A stretch of DNA of 64,000 bases, taken from NCBI GenBank assembly GCA_000004985.1, contig GG738858.1. One strand, 5' to 3'. Under the pieces are notes generated by a model that saw nothing but the letters and a program-made list of their open reading frames with translations, had not been told where the DNA came from and ran no database searches. Position numbers and translations under genes: made by a program. This document shows, piece after piece, positions 27,716 through 37,317 of the stretch. The stretch's first letter is position 1; each line of letters starts with the position of its first letter. The DNA comes from Naegleria gruberi (taxonomy: Eukaryota).

Positions 27716-28714
27716 TTACAAATTGGAGTGAGATTCTGTTTGAAATTCTAGAGTTGTGAGAACAGGTTGGTGATCGCTTGCATTCATCTCATAGCCATCA
27801 ATGACTTTACAATCCAAACATTTGAAAAATTGTTTCGAATAGACACAATGATCCAATCTCTTGTGCCACCAATAAGTGTATAATCCCCATACGAATTTGA
27901 GAGGCCATCTGTGAGTTTCTCTATTTTGTGGAACAAATTCGTTAAGGGCATCTTGAAATAGATTTGATAATTTCAAAAATTCACACGATGGATCATTGTC
28001 ATGCTCGTTGTAATCTCCAAGGATAACTATTGGACAAGTGGTATTTCCGAATGAAATAATTCCAATTCCCTCTAAATAATTGTATAGATATTTGATTTCA
28101 TTCAAGCGATAGACATTTGTCATTCGAGCTGTCCACAAACTTGCAGATCCATCATCATTCAAAGGAGGTCTCAAATGTACATTTACCAACAGTACTTGTT
28201 TCACATTTCCTGTTGTCTTCTCAGGTACCTTTACTGTTATCAAATGCATTGGAAACCAACTCCCATCCACAACTTTCTTTCCATATTGATCCTTGGCATT
28301 TGTCGCAAGAGTTATTTGAGAATTTTCCAAAAATTCATACTTGCTCAGAAAGGCCATCCCTCCAGCTGCACCATGATTATAAAAAACATAATGTGGATAG
28401 AGTGAAATCAATGATTGTTCCTCCTTGAATTTTTCATCTAAATTTCCATTTAAATTTTGATCCAAATTTCTAACGTCCTTCCATTTAATTTGTTTAAAAG
28501 CACTTTCATATCCAGCATGTGTCTCCTGTAGACAAATTACATCAGCCTCCGATCGGAAGAGTGCATGAAATACAAATAATGCATTTGATTCTAATTTGGA
28601 TTTGGTGGCATAGACGAAATTGACATTGTAATTTAGAATTTTTAGATAGGAAGAAGCAACATTTGATGAAGATCCTCCGTGAGTGTGAATAGTTGATCTT
28701 TTGTTATCACTCAT
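27716..28714 (-). CDS. Endonuclease/exonuclease/phosphatase (EEP) family protein
   Basis: ILNYNVNF...ADVICLQETH (N-terminal Mg-binding region), VILGDYNE and NASDHQPV (C-terminal SDHxP) motifs in the canonical EEP order. 332 aa. Confidence 0.8.
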   Translation of the reverse strand: MSDNKRSTIHTHGGSSSNVASSYLKILNYNVNFVYATKSKLESNALFVFHALFRSEADVICLQETHAGYESAFKQIKWKDVRNLDQNLNGNLDEKFKEEQSLISLYPHYVFYNHGAAGGMAFLSKYEFLENSQITLATNAKDQYGKKVVDGSWFPMHLITVKVPEKTTGNVKQVLLVNVHLRPPLNDDGSASLWTARMTNVYRLNEIKYLYNYLEGIGIISFGNTTCPIVILGDYNEHDNDPSCEFLKLSNLFQDALNEFVPQNRETHRWPLKFVWGLYTYWWHKRLDHCVYSKQFFKCLDCKVIDGYEMNASDHQPVLTTLEFQTESHSNL

Positions 28715-29327
28715 TTTTTTTTATTGGATTGTTGTAAACTGTTCTATTGAACTCATTCTAAATAAAGAAGACAATAGCGTGACGTATTGAATTACGTCAC
28801 CATAATTTGAAAGAAATTCTCATAGTATTATCGAACCTGTGTCCATGAAATAATAAGAATATGGAAGATTCGCAACAAGTGATCATTGCTAAAATAGATG
28901 TAAATAAGGCTCTTAAAATTGTCAAACTCGTAGTTTTCTCTGAAGAACAAGTGAATAGTACATTTTCTTCCCTTAATTTTTTTAAGGAGTAAATTTGTAA
29001 TTAAAACAAAACCAAAATTGTGCACAGGTTGTGATTATTGAACTAAATTGTTAAACTTTAAGATTCAGATTGATCGGGTGTGAATAGTTTAATTGGGAGA
29101 ACGTAGGCACTGTTTAGAATCTAAGGTGGTAGATCGAAGCTACCTTCACACTCTTTAAAATCCTTTTTAAATTTTAACCTTTTTGAATATTTCACTATCA
29201 ATTTTACCTTTCAAAGCGCTTTACAATATTTTCAGTCACTTCACCTTTTTCAAATTGAAACTTCACACAATTTCCAAACCAATTAAAGCGCGATATAGAA
29301 GAAATTCAGAGAAATAATCAAAAAAAA

Positions 29328-31457
29328 ATGTCGAAATCTCCTTCATCTGCTGTTAAACGTTTAATGAGAGATTGGAAGGAGGTTCTCGATTATCCATTAG
29401 AATATATCTATGCCCAACCATATCCAATTATGAATAATGGACAAGTAGAAGGATATGACATGTACAATTGGTTTGCAACATTGCTGGTTCCTGAGAGTGT
29501 TAGTACATGTACTGCAATTTCATTGACCTTAACTTTCAATGATAATTATCCAATTGTTCCACCAAATGTGAAATGTCTTTCCGTTATTGCCCATCCTCAT
29601 GTATTTGGTTCATATATTTGTTTAGACATGCTATCAGTTCCTTACAAGTATAACGGTACATGGGATTCCTGGTCTGCTTGGTCTTCCACATACTCTGTCT
29701 TATCCATTTTACTTCAATTAGAATCATTCTTGTTGGATAAGTATTTATATTCGAAATTTTCGGTTATCAAGAATGCAGAATATAAAGAACTCATTGAAAT
29801 GGGACATGATCCAAAGAATGCCAAGTTTTGGCCTTGGGCTCCGCATTGGGGCTCTATAAACTCTCAAATTCCAACAGCATTGAAATCATCTAATGAGATT
29901 GGAAACACTCAAATACTGAGAACAAAATCATCCAAAAGTAAGAAAATCAATATCAATGGTTCTTCCACTGCTACATTGGATGTTATTCAATCAGAGTGGA
30001 AAGGAGCTAGCAGCACATTGGAAGTTCTTTCCTCACTCAAATCAAACGATAATCAGTTCAAAGGAGAAAAATCGAGCAAAACGAATACTTCAATCGTTAT
30101 GATTAATGGAAAACCAATGGAAAAGATTACTAACACATTTGGTGAAGTAGTATTGACTCAAAATCAAGTAATGGAAAGTTTAAGACACAGAGCTAGCTTA
30201 TTGAATGTGAAACCTACTGAAATAGTTTCATATAAAGACTTGAAATTCAACCATCGATTGGATATTATGAAATTACCACCAGAAATTATCAGAGAAATAT
30301 TCAGTTATTTAGACTTTTCAGATTTGAAGAGTGGTGTGGAACAGACATGTCACTATTTGAAAGGTATTGCATCGAGCAAAGCAATCATTCAGGAACGGGA
30401 ATTAATATGTTTCCATTCAAAAGTCACATTTAAGGAAGATACTTTGGGAATTGGATTGAATGTTGAAGTTAAACCAAACGGTTACGTTGATAATATCAGT
30501 TCTCCAATGGACCTAGTCTCTAGAAATGCCTTTTACAATGATAATGCTGTAAAGAGTGCTTGGGGAATTGAAACCAAATTCTGGATTCCAATTTTTATCA
30601 ATAAGAAACATGCTGACTTTGAATTATTCAAATCAAGTGTGAAAGCCATTTACAATGCTCATCCTTCCATCACCAAGGAAAAGTCAAAGACTTACTCTGA
30701 TCTCTTCAATTCTCCAGAAGTCTACATTGATCTGATTTGCAAGATTATGAACTCAATGATAGTTGACCTCATGAAGGGTGAAGTACATGCCTCAATCAAG
30801 TATTTGCAAGGTTATTTGTATTTCCACAGATGGCTGCTATATATCTTGGAAATCTTCCCATTTACAACCAATGCCATTGAAAGAAAGGTCAAGAATTTCG
30901 TTAATCGCGAACATTTGAGAAACAAATATAATTGTCCAAACTTGGGTGAGTTCTTAATCTTGCTGTCAGTGCTGGGACCTGCAAATTTAAATTGGGATTC
31001 AGTCAAGTATGCCATTGTGGAAGAAACTTGCACTAGAAATGTGTTGTGGGCTGTTAAAATGTTTCCAGAATTGGCAAATCTTTCAATCGAGCAACCTAAA
31101 CGAATTGAAAAGACTTGGAAGGCAAATATGGTTTCTTGCAAATTGCTAATGTTCCACGTCTTTTTCTTAAAGACAGTAATTGAGAAGGAGCACGCAGGAA
31201 GATCTTTGGATGAAGTTGCCAGATTATATGATTTGAATTTTGGATTATCACCTGAAACTCAAGATGGACAAGATTTGGAAGAGTTGGTACAGGTTGCCAT
31301 TTTCAAGAATAATAATGCACAGGACTTTGAAGAATTCTTGGAATATGTGGGGTTGGATGAGCAGCTGAATAGTCGAGAAAAGATATTGACCTTTTTGGAA
31401 TATTGTGTGAAAACCTCTGAACAGAGAAGATACCACAAAGTTCCTCCAAATAAATAA
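29328..31457 (+). CDS. Ubiquitin-conjugating-enzyme (UBC/E2) domain fused to an F-box-containing C-terminal region
   Basis: N-terminal UBC fold with AVKRLMRDWKE, YNWFATLLVPE, NYPIVPPNVKC and active-site region HPHVFGSYICLDML (HPN-Cys motif). After a low-complexity linker, F-box LPPEIIREIFSYLDFSDLKSGVEQTCHYL. 709-aa continuous ORF. Confidence 0.7.
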   Translation: MSKSPSSAVKRLMRDWKEVLDYPLEYIYAQPYPIMNNGQVEGYDMYNWFATLLVPESVSTCTAISLTLTFNDNYPIVPPNVKCLSVIAHPHVFGSYICLDMLSVPYKYNGTWDSWSAWSSTYSVLSILLQLESFLLDKYLYSKFSVIKNAEYKELIEMGHDPKNAKFWPWAPHWGSINSQIPTALKSSNEIGNTQILRTKSSKSKKININGSSTATLDVIQSEWKGASSTLEVLSSLKSNDNQFKGEKSSKTNTSIVMINGKPMEKITNTFGEVVLTQNQVMESLRHRASLLNVKPTEIVSYKDLKFNHRLDIMKLPPEIIREIFSYLDFSDLKSGVEQTCHYLKGIASSKAIIQERELICFHSKVTFKEDTLGIGLNVEVKPNGYVDNISSPMDLVSRNAFYNDNAVKSAWGIETKFWIPIFINKKHADFELFKSSVKAIYNAHPSITKEKSKTYSDLFNSPEVYIDLICKIMNSMIVDLMKGEVHASIKYLQGYLYFHRWLLYILEIFPFTTNAIERKVKNFVNREHLRNKYNCPNLGEFLILLSVLGPANLNWDSVKYAIVEETCTRNVLWAVKMFPELANLSIEQPKRIEKTWKANMVSCKLLMFHVFFLKTVIEKEHAGRSLDEVARLYDLNFGLSPETQDGQDLEELVQVAIFKNNNAQDFEEFLEYVGLDEQLNSREKILTFLEYCVKTSEQRRYHKVPPNK

Positions 31458-31576
31458 GGTCTTTATCAATAAATCCAAATATTTTCCTCTTGTGTCACAA
31501 TTCAAACTTCATTCTAATCAATACTACCATTCTCAAATTATTATTATTCATATAACAGTTCTTCTGAAGGAATAAA

Positions 31577-32641
31577 TTACTTGTTGGCCAGTTCAAAATT
31601 CAATCCATCCAATATTTGTGTTACAACAGTTGCTGTATATCCCCACAATGGAACATAAGGTATTGTCTGGTTGTGAGTAATGGAGTGAATATTTTTCAAA
31701 TGATACAGAGGTCCATAGTGTGTTGATGTTGGAGCCATAATAGTTTTACCAAGTGGTTCGTATAGAGAGACATTTGGATTGGCAATCAAATCCAATAATC
31801 TAATTTCAAAAACATGTGCAATTTCATCAGATTGCAAATGATATGGAATTTCAGATTCACAATCCACTATTCTTCCAATAAATGGTTGAACATTGAAATT
31901 CCTAGCACCTGTCGTTGTACTAGGAAGTGTATCATTGAGCAGTTCAACATTTTTCAATCCAATTTCCTCAAAAGTTTCTCTCATTGCTGTTTCCAACAAG
32001 TTTTTATCCAACTTTTCATCAAAAACTCCACCAGGAAATGAAACTTGACCTGTTAATACATACGTATACAATTAATTCATCACAAATTCACACAAAATTA
32101 ACATACCAGCATGTTGATAATTAGTATTCTTCTTGGCAGGTGTCTTTTGCAATAACACAAGATAGGGAATCCTTCTTCCTTCCTTTTCACTCCACCTCTC
32201 CACAAACAATGCCATCACTGCAGAAGATCTCACACTCTCATCAGGTTTCCTCGACAACCTCATCAAGTTTCCATTTCCATTGTATTCGTGAAAGGTAGAT
32301 CTTGGTACTATAGCAGAATCTCCACTTGTTGCCAATTTTCTAAAATCCATCTTCTTTAATATTTCCATCAGGGAATTATCATGTTGTTGTTCTAGAAAGG
32401 CTTGAACATTTGCAAAGTTAATATTGGATACTTCGGATAGGGCTTGTTCAAACTTGATTCTCTGCTGTGAATTTATGGTATGAAAATTACATTGATCCTT
32501 TTGCTTTTTCATCAAATTGACACAATTAATTAGTGATGATCTTTTAGTTAGTGATGATGCACAAGTTGATGATCGATTCAACATTGTATTAATGCAATTA
32601 ACATTAGGCTTAGACAACACAACAGCACGTTTCATCATCAT
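31577..32641 (-). CDS. Nudix hydrolase, NUDT7/NUDT8-like CoA diphosphatase, 2 exons, with N-terminal presequence-like region
   Basis: Exon 1 32641-32107 (...VLLQKTPAKKNTNYQHAG), exon 2 32049-31577. Splicing gives HAGQVSFPGGVFDEKLDKNLLETAMRETFEEIGL = Nudix box GX5EX7REUXEEXGU preceded by the GxVSFPGG signature of CoA pyrophosphatases. N-terminus MMMKRAVVLSKPNVNC...SSLTKRSSL is presequence-like. Confidence 0.85.
32050..32106 (-). other. Spliceosomal intron (57 nt, GTATGT...TTAACAG), phase 1
   Basis: Donor after GCT G; acceptor before GT CAA GTT, producing Gly-Gln-Val of the GQVSFPGG motif. Confidence 0.85.
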
Positions 32642-32705
32642 TTTTTAAATTTATTCTTTTCATTCCGATCGGAGGTAAAATTCTTCATTTCAAGGAAGAA
32701 TAGCA
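32642..32705. promoter_or_regulatory. 64-bp bidirectional promoter region between the Nudix CoA diphosphatase and the hotdog-like gene
   Basis: Start codons at 32641 (minus) and 32706 (plus) are separated by only 64 bp. Confidence 0.35.
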
Positions 32706-33395
32706 TTGATGATAGGAAAATTAAAATCAAAAAATTGCATATTTTTGATTACATTGTTACTACTTATTCATCACCTGCAGCAGCAGTTTGTTATCGAAAT
32801 GTTGTTCTACTTGTTTGTAATTCTACTTGTTGTGATTGCACTTCTTGGTCTTGTCTATGTCTTGCCAATTGTAAAGGTTAGAACTGCTCGTCCGATGAAG
32901 ATTTATGAAACCATTCATAGTTTACCATTGATTGGAAAGAGTGCTATTGCTGATTGGTACTTGTCCAAGATTATTTCTCTTTCTGCTCCTTACACTGCAT
33001 CAATTAGTCCAACTATTGAAGTAATGAGTGATGAAAAGACAGTGATTAGTATTCGTGAAAAGTATTCAATGAAGAATCCATTCAACTCTATTCATGCTGC
33101 TGCTTTGGTCAATTTGGGAGATTTAGTTTGTGGAATTCAAGTCACCAATCAAACTGGAGCCAAAAAATTGAGAGCCATTCCTGTTGAAATTAAGGCTGAA
33201 TATCCTAAAAAATCGAGAGGTAAAATTACAGCCACTTGTGAAACTATTCTTACAGATGTGAGTGAAATGCAACAAGTTAATGGTAAGCCTTGTATTAATG
33301 CAATTGCAGAGTTGAGAGATGAAAGTGGAGAATTGACTGCTAAGGTAACCATGTTGTGGAGTGTCGCTCCAATCCCTGATAAAAAGAAGGATTAA
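32706..33395 (+). CDS. Hotdog-fold thioesterase-like protein (PaaI/DUF4442-like) with N-terminal membrane anchor
   Basis: Hydrophobic N-terminus (LFYLFVILLVVIALLGLVYVL). NPFNSIHAAALVNLGDLVCG resembles the N-x-x-G-x-x-H-G/A-G thioesterase core motif. 229 aa. Confidence 0.5.
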   Translation: MMIGKLKSKNCIFLITLLLLIHHLQQQFVIEMLFYLFVILLVVIALLGLVYVLPIVKVRTARPMKIYETIHSLPLIGKSAIADWYLSKIISLSAPYTASISPTIEVMSDEKTVISIREKYSMKNPFNSIHAAALVNLGDLVCGIQVTNQTGAKKLRAIPVEIKAEYPKKSRGKITATCETILTDVSEMQQVNGKPCINAIAELRDESGELTAKVTMLWSVAPIPDKKKD

Positions 33396-33611
33396 AATGT
33401 TCAAGTTCAACACTAATATGTTCTGCTTTCAAATTAGATCTCAATGATTGTTCACATAGTAAAAGGCCGCCAACTTTGCGAATAGTTCATTCTCTCAGTG
33501 CCAATAAGGATCTTGTTTATATGATGCGAAGGGGTGATTCCAAATATCCAATGTATGTAATAATAAGGATTATGTATTGAACATGCTAGATACCTTCCAT
33601 TGTTTACCCAA

Positions 33612-34808
33612 TCAATTAAGCTTATCTACAATGTCCCTCAGTTGAATGCATGATTGCTTGTAGTTTTTGAAACTTTCAGATGATTCTTCATATGAACCTA
33701 TTAAATCCTGTAAAACATTATAGGATTGCACACTCTGATATAACTTTCCAGAACTCACAAGGACTGAGCCAAGAGTGAGGGCACGAGTCCAACTGGTCAT
33801 TGATTCCCAGAATTTAATTCCAGTGTAAATATTTGAAATTAGAGAAACACTGCCTTCAATGCCTGAAAAAATAGCTGTTCTTTGGTGAGATTGGCATTTG
33901 GAGATTTCATTCTTCATGGACAATATCTCCTTTTCGAGACATCTTTCCACACTCTCAATATTTCTAATGAATCTCTTATAGTGCTCCCATGTTTTCTTAT
34001 CCATAAAATCGAGTACATCATCAATGATAAACAGTAAATCCATTTTGGTATTGTCAAGTATGGATTTGTAATTGGCATGTGTTTCTGTATAGACCTTGAC
34101 ACAATCTGAAACCTTTTTGTGAAGACTTGCAATATCATACACACCACGAATCATGATCGAAACCATTGCTGTTGATATAATTACATTTGATTTAATTTCC
34201 ACTTCCTTCTCATAAATTTCCATAATTTTTCTAGATTCTTCCTCTGTATTGTTATCAGTTTCTGTTGCTACTTGATTGACAATTTCTGAAACATTACTTT
34301 TTTCAATAGTAGCCCCATTAACAGCAGTCTGAGGAGTGGACTTCACTGGTTCACTCTTATCCGATGAGGATGAGGTCATTGAATTACTGATCGTATCACA
34401 TAAATGTCGTTGAACTCCCAAAGCCAAACACTTTTTATAACTATCATAGACCTTATCCAAAGATTCATTCAGGACAGGCTTTGGATCTTCCTTCTTTTCC
34501 AACAATTCCACAACTTTTCTCTTCAACTCGACTTGTGTTTCCGAGGCTACTTTTTTAGCATTGGAAAAACCTTGAAAATCCAAAGCAAATCCAGCCGATG
34601 ATGATAAAAACATGATATAATCATTTGGAGAATTAAAATTTGATTTTAAAAAGCGTTGAAAAATTCCTAATGATGTTTTCTTTTCTTCTTGTTTTGAAAA
34701 TGGAAATTCATCATTGGAATAAACATGATGGACTTGATCATTTTCAATTTGTGATCGGAGAGTAATGAGTTGTCCACGAAGAGTTTCAACCAGTGAATTG
34801 TCTTGCAT
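33612..34808 (-). CDS. Hypothetical protein (398 aa), no recognisable domain
   Basis: Long uninterrupted ATG-initiated ORF with balanced composition and coiled-coil-like C-terminal half. Confidence 0.5.
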   Translation of the reverse strand: MQDNSLVETLRGQLITLRSQIENDQVHHVYSNDEFPFSKQEEKKTSLGIFQRFLKSNFNSPNDYIMFLSSSAGFALDFQGFSNAKKVASETQVELKRKVVELLEKKEDPKPVLNESLDKVYDSYKKCLALGVQRHLCDTISNSMTSSSSDKSEPVKSTPQTAVNGATIEKSNVSEIVNQVATETDNNTEEESRKIMEIYEKEVEIKSNVIISTAMVSIMIRGVYDIASLHKKVSDCVKVYTETHANYKSILDNTKMDLLFIIDDVLDFMDKKTWEHYKRFIRNIESVERCLEKEILSMKNEISKCQSHQRTAIFSGIEGSVSLISNIYTGIKFWESMTSWTRALTLGSVLVSSGKLYQSVQSYNVLQDLIGSYEESSESFKNYKQSCIQLRDIVDKLN

Positions 34809-34960
34809 TTTTTTTTTAATATATTATCATAAATATTAATATTTTACAAAATCCAATCAATTTAAAGAGATTCCAATGATTGATTGCATCCATTCTTGTA
34901 ATGAGGATTAATGAGAATAAATGAATTAATTTCATTTATTAGAGATTTAATCTCATTGGA

Positions 34961-35413
34961 TTACTTCATAAAAGTGAGACACTTTTCAATCATTGATTTT
35001 TCATCAATTTCATTTCTATTGCTGCAATGAATGGTTGTAGAAAGACCTGTCAACTTGTGTTTGACAGTTTTCACAATGGCAGCAACTTGAAACTTTTCCT
35101 TTACATTAGTTTCGTTTGGACACCAAGTGATAAACATCATTTTAGTTCTGGATCCTTCCTTGACTTGTGAATTTGTATTTTGGCTTGGCATTTCAAAGTC
35201 CAAATGATAAATAATAAATCTTGTATTCTTTTCGGGGAGTTGGTTTGTCAATTCTTCCAATGTTGAAAGTTTGGTCAAGTCGTGATCGATCAGAACAGAA
35301 TTTTCCTCCACTTTTAACACTAGGAATTTTAATTCTTTGTGATCTCCCTTTCCCATTCTCATCTCTTCATAGGTTTGAATAATTTCGTCGTCAAATTGAC
35401 AATTTAGCATCAT
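34961..35413 (-). CDS. ADF-H domain protein (cofilin/actophorin-like)
   Basis: 150 aa. Pattern RFIIYHLDFE...KMMFITWCPNETNVKEKFQVAAIVKTVKHKLTGLSTTIHCSNRNEIDEKSMIEK matches the ADF/cofilin fold order (beta-strand YxLD, WxPd, K.KM.YAs, GI...iqatd). Confidence 0.65.
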   Translation of the reverse strand: MMLNCQFDDEIIQTYEEMRMGKGDHKELKFLVLKVEENSVLIDHDLTKLSTLEELTNQLPEKNTRFIIYHLDFEMPSQNTNSQVKEGSRTKMMFITWCPNETNVKEKFQVAAIVKTVKHKLTGLSTTIHCSNRNEIDEKSMIEKCLTFMK

Positions 35414-35877
35414 TTTCAGTCTATTCGAATGTTGTTGTATTTTTGTTTGTGAAATATGAACCTAAAGTGAAAATATGGAAGCAAATTGAAAGCAACATTC
35501 CACTTCTACTGAATTACTATTTCCCAGCTAAAACACTTCCACTTGATAAAATCCTTAATATTTATTGAATCAGTAGAGGACAAGGAACAACATTTCATAC
35601 AATGTTCAAGTAAGGTACTGTATTAATGTGGGATTTCCCCTTTTTCAATGTTGCTTACGGTTTTCCACAAGTATCACCCAAAAAACATCACAAGAAGAAA
35701 ATCTTGTGGATATCTCTTTGAAAGCTCCAAAATCTTAATGCACATTTAAAATACCTTATATAATCTAATGAAATGCTCTACGGATTCATACCGTTTTGAG
35801 TGTTGTAATTTACAAAAATGGTTTATCGTAGTCACTTCTCGCGCAATCCTTCCAAGTGAGTTAAAGTAACAGTATCA

Positions 35878-35990
35878 TTTAGGCGCCATCATGCTGAACT
35901 GCTTTACTGGTTTCGTGAACAGGATCACACGGGTGGGTTGCTGGACCATTGAACGTTCTACTTTGGCGCTGAATTTTTTCCCTCAAACTG
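35878..35990 (+). ncRNA. Candidate small structured RNA (GC-rich ~105-nt island ending in T6, Pol III-terminator-like)
   Basis: aggcgccatcatgctgaactgctttactggtttcgtgaacaggatcacacgggtgggttgctggaccattgaacgttctactttggcgctgaatttttt sits inside AT-rich intergenic DNA. The ...GCUGAAUUUUUUCC 3' end is Sm-site/Pol III-terminator-like. Identity not established. Confidence 0.2.
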
Positions 35991-36255
35991 TGTTTGTAGC
36001 TGTGCACAGGGATTTGGAGATAATTGATTTGGTGCCTTATTAGTGCAGATTTGGGCAATATTTGGATAAATATCTGTGTTGTATGTAAAATCTTTGATAT
36101 TTTATTTACATTGTTCTTGTTTGTTTTTATGCACATTGGTTTGGGGGTAGAATGATTTGAGGTGTGGGATTAACAATTTGATTAGGGTTTTCTAATCAAA
36201 TGTTGTTGTATATGATGTTGTGGGTGATGATATTGAGGATGGTGTTGATGAATAC

Positions 36256-37317
36256 TTATAAATATAATTCTTCTGAAGAATGGTTGGATGAATCAGATCC
36301 TCCCTTCTTCATCTCTGCCAATTTCAAGAACCATTTTTGAGCGTGGCTGGCGATTTGAGTTCTCTTTCTTGTTTGGACATAGTTTTCAGAAATGAGTTTC
36401 CAGTTCTTACCAACTTCTTCAAGACCTTTGAGGAATTGCTCATGTTCAGATCTTGTCCAAGTACCAGTATTGAATTTCTTCCCTTCTTCTTCATCAGTTG
36501 AGGAGGAAGAACTTGATCTCTTCTTTTGAGTAGCATGTTTTGGTTTTTGGATTTTTGACAAGGAGGCTTTTGGAGTGTCATCTCTAGTTGGTGATTTGCA
36601 TGATGAGGATTCAGATGCAAAGCTTGGACTCTTTCTATGAATATCAGTAACAGAGCTTGACCTAGAAGTAGAGACAACACCAATAATCTTTGAACGAGAA
36701 ATGAGAGAAGGAGAAGATATGGAATCAACTGGGTGGAATGAACTCAAATGAGGTGAATGATCGAACTTTGGAGCATAGTAATGACTTGTTCTAATAGGAG
36801 AGTGTACTTCTTGAACTCTGATGATAGGCAATTTGGATTGACTAGATTTGAATGTTTCAGGTGTCATTGTTGCAAGATGTATCAGATCATTAGGAATGGA
36901 ATGTGGTTGTTGATTTTGATAGGCAGAGGTGGAGTAGCATGTTGTAAGAGTTGTGCTATTACTAGTGGATGATCTGACTTTACATGCTTGGTTAGTGGCA
37001 TGTTTAGTACTATTCAGAGAAAATCTGAACAATTCATAACAGTTCGTACTAGAATGGATGTCACTTGAAGCAAGTTTTGGTTCAAGGAGAGGAGTTGATG
37101 ATTGTTTGCTTTCAGACATTTTTTCAAGATTGTATGTTGATACATGTTGACCAAAAGCACTATTAATCATCAATGAGTGTTTGGATAATATAGATAATGG
37201 GATTTGTGTTATCTCTGGATTTGATTGCATATTTGGAGTTGGGATGTTAGAGGCCAAAGGAGAGATGGCAGCAATCAATCGACTGTTTGATGGCTGACTA
37301 GATGTAGTAGTTATCAT
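36256..37317 (-). CDS. Single-repeat Myb (SHAQKYF-class) transcription factor with S/T-rich N-terminal region
   Basis: C-terminal Myb/SANT repeat GTWTRSEHEQFLKGLEEVGKNWKLISENYVQTRKRTQIASHAQKWFLK (SHAQK(Y/W)F signature). 353 aa. Confidence 0.8.
   Translation of the reverse strand: MITTTSSQPSNSRLIAAISPLASNIPTPNMQSNPEITQIPLSILSKHSLMINSAFGQHVSTYNLEKMSESKQSSTPLLEPKLASSDIHSSTNCYELFRFSLNSTKHATNQACKVRSSTSNSTTLTTCYSTSAYQNQQPHSIPNDLIHLATMTPETFKSSQSKLPIIRVQEVHSPIRTSHYYAPKFDHSPHLSSFHPVDSISSPSLISRSKIIGVVSTSRSSSVTDIHRKSPSFASESSSCKSPTRDDTPKASLSKIQKPKHATQKKRSSSSSSTDEEEGKKFNTGTWTRSEHEQFLKGLEEVGKNWKLISENYVQTRKRTQIASHAQKWFLKLAEMKKGGSDSSNHSSEELYL

Noticed and set aside
35878-35990. Assignment of the GC-rich island to U5 or U6 snRNA
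   Set aside because: Partial resemblance only (CUUUACUGG vs U5 loop-1 CUUUUACUAAAG; no U6 ACAGAGA box). Kept as an unnamed ncRNA candidate at low confidence.
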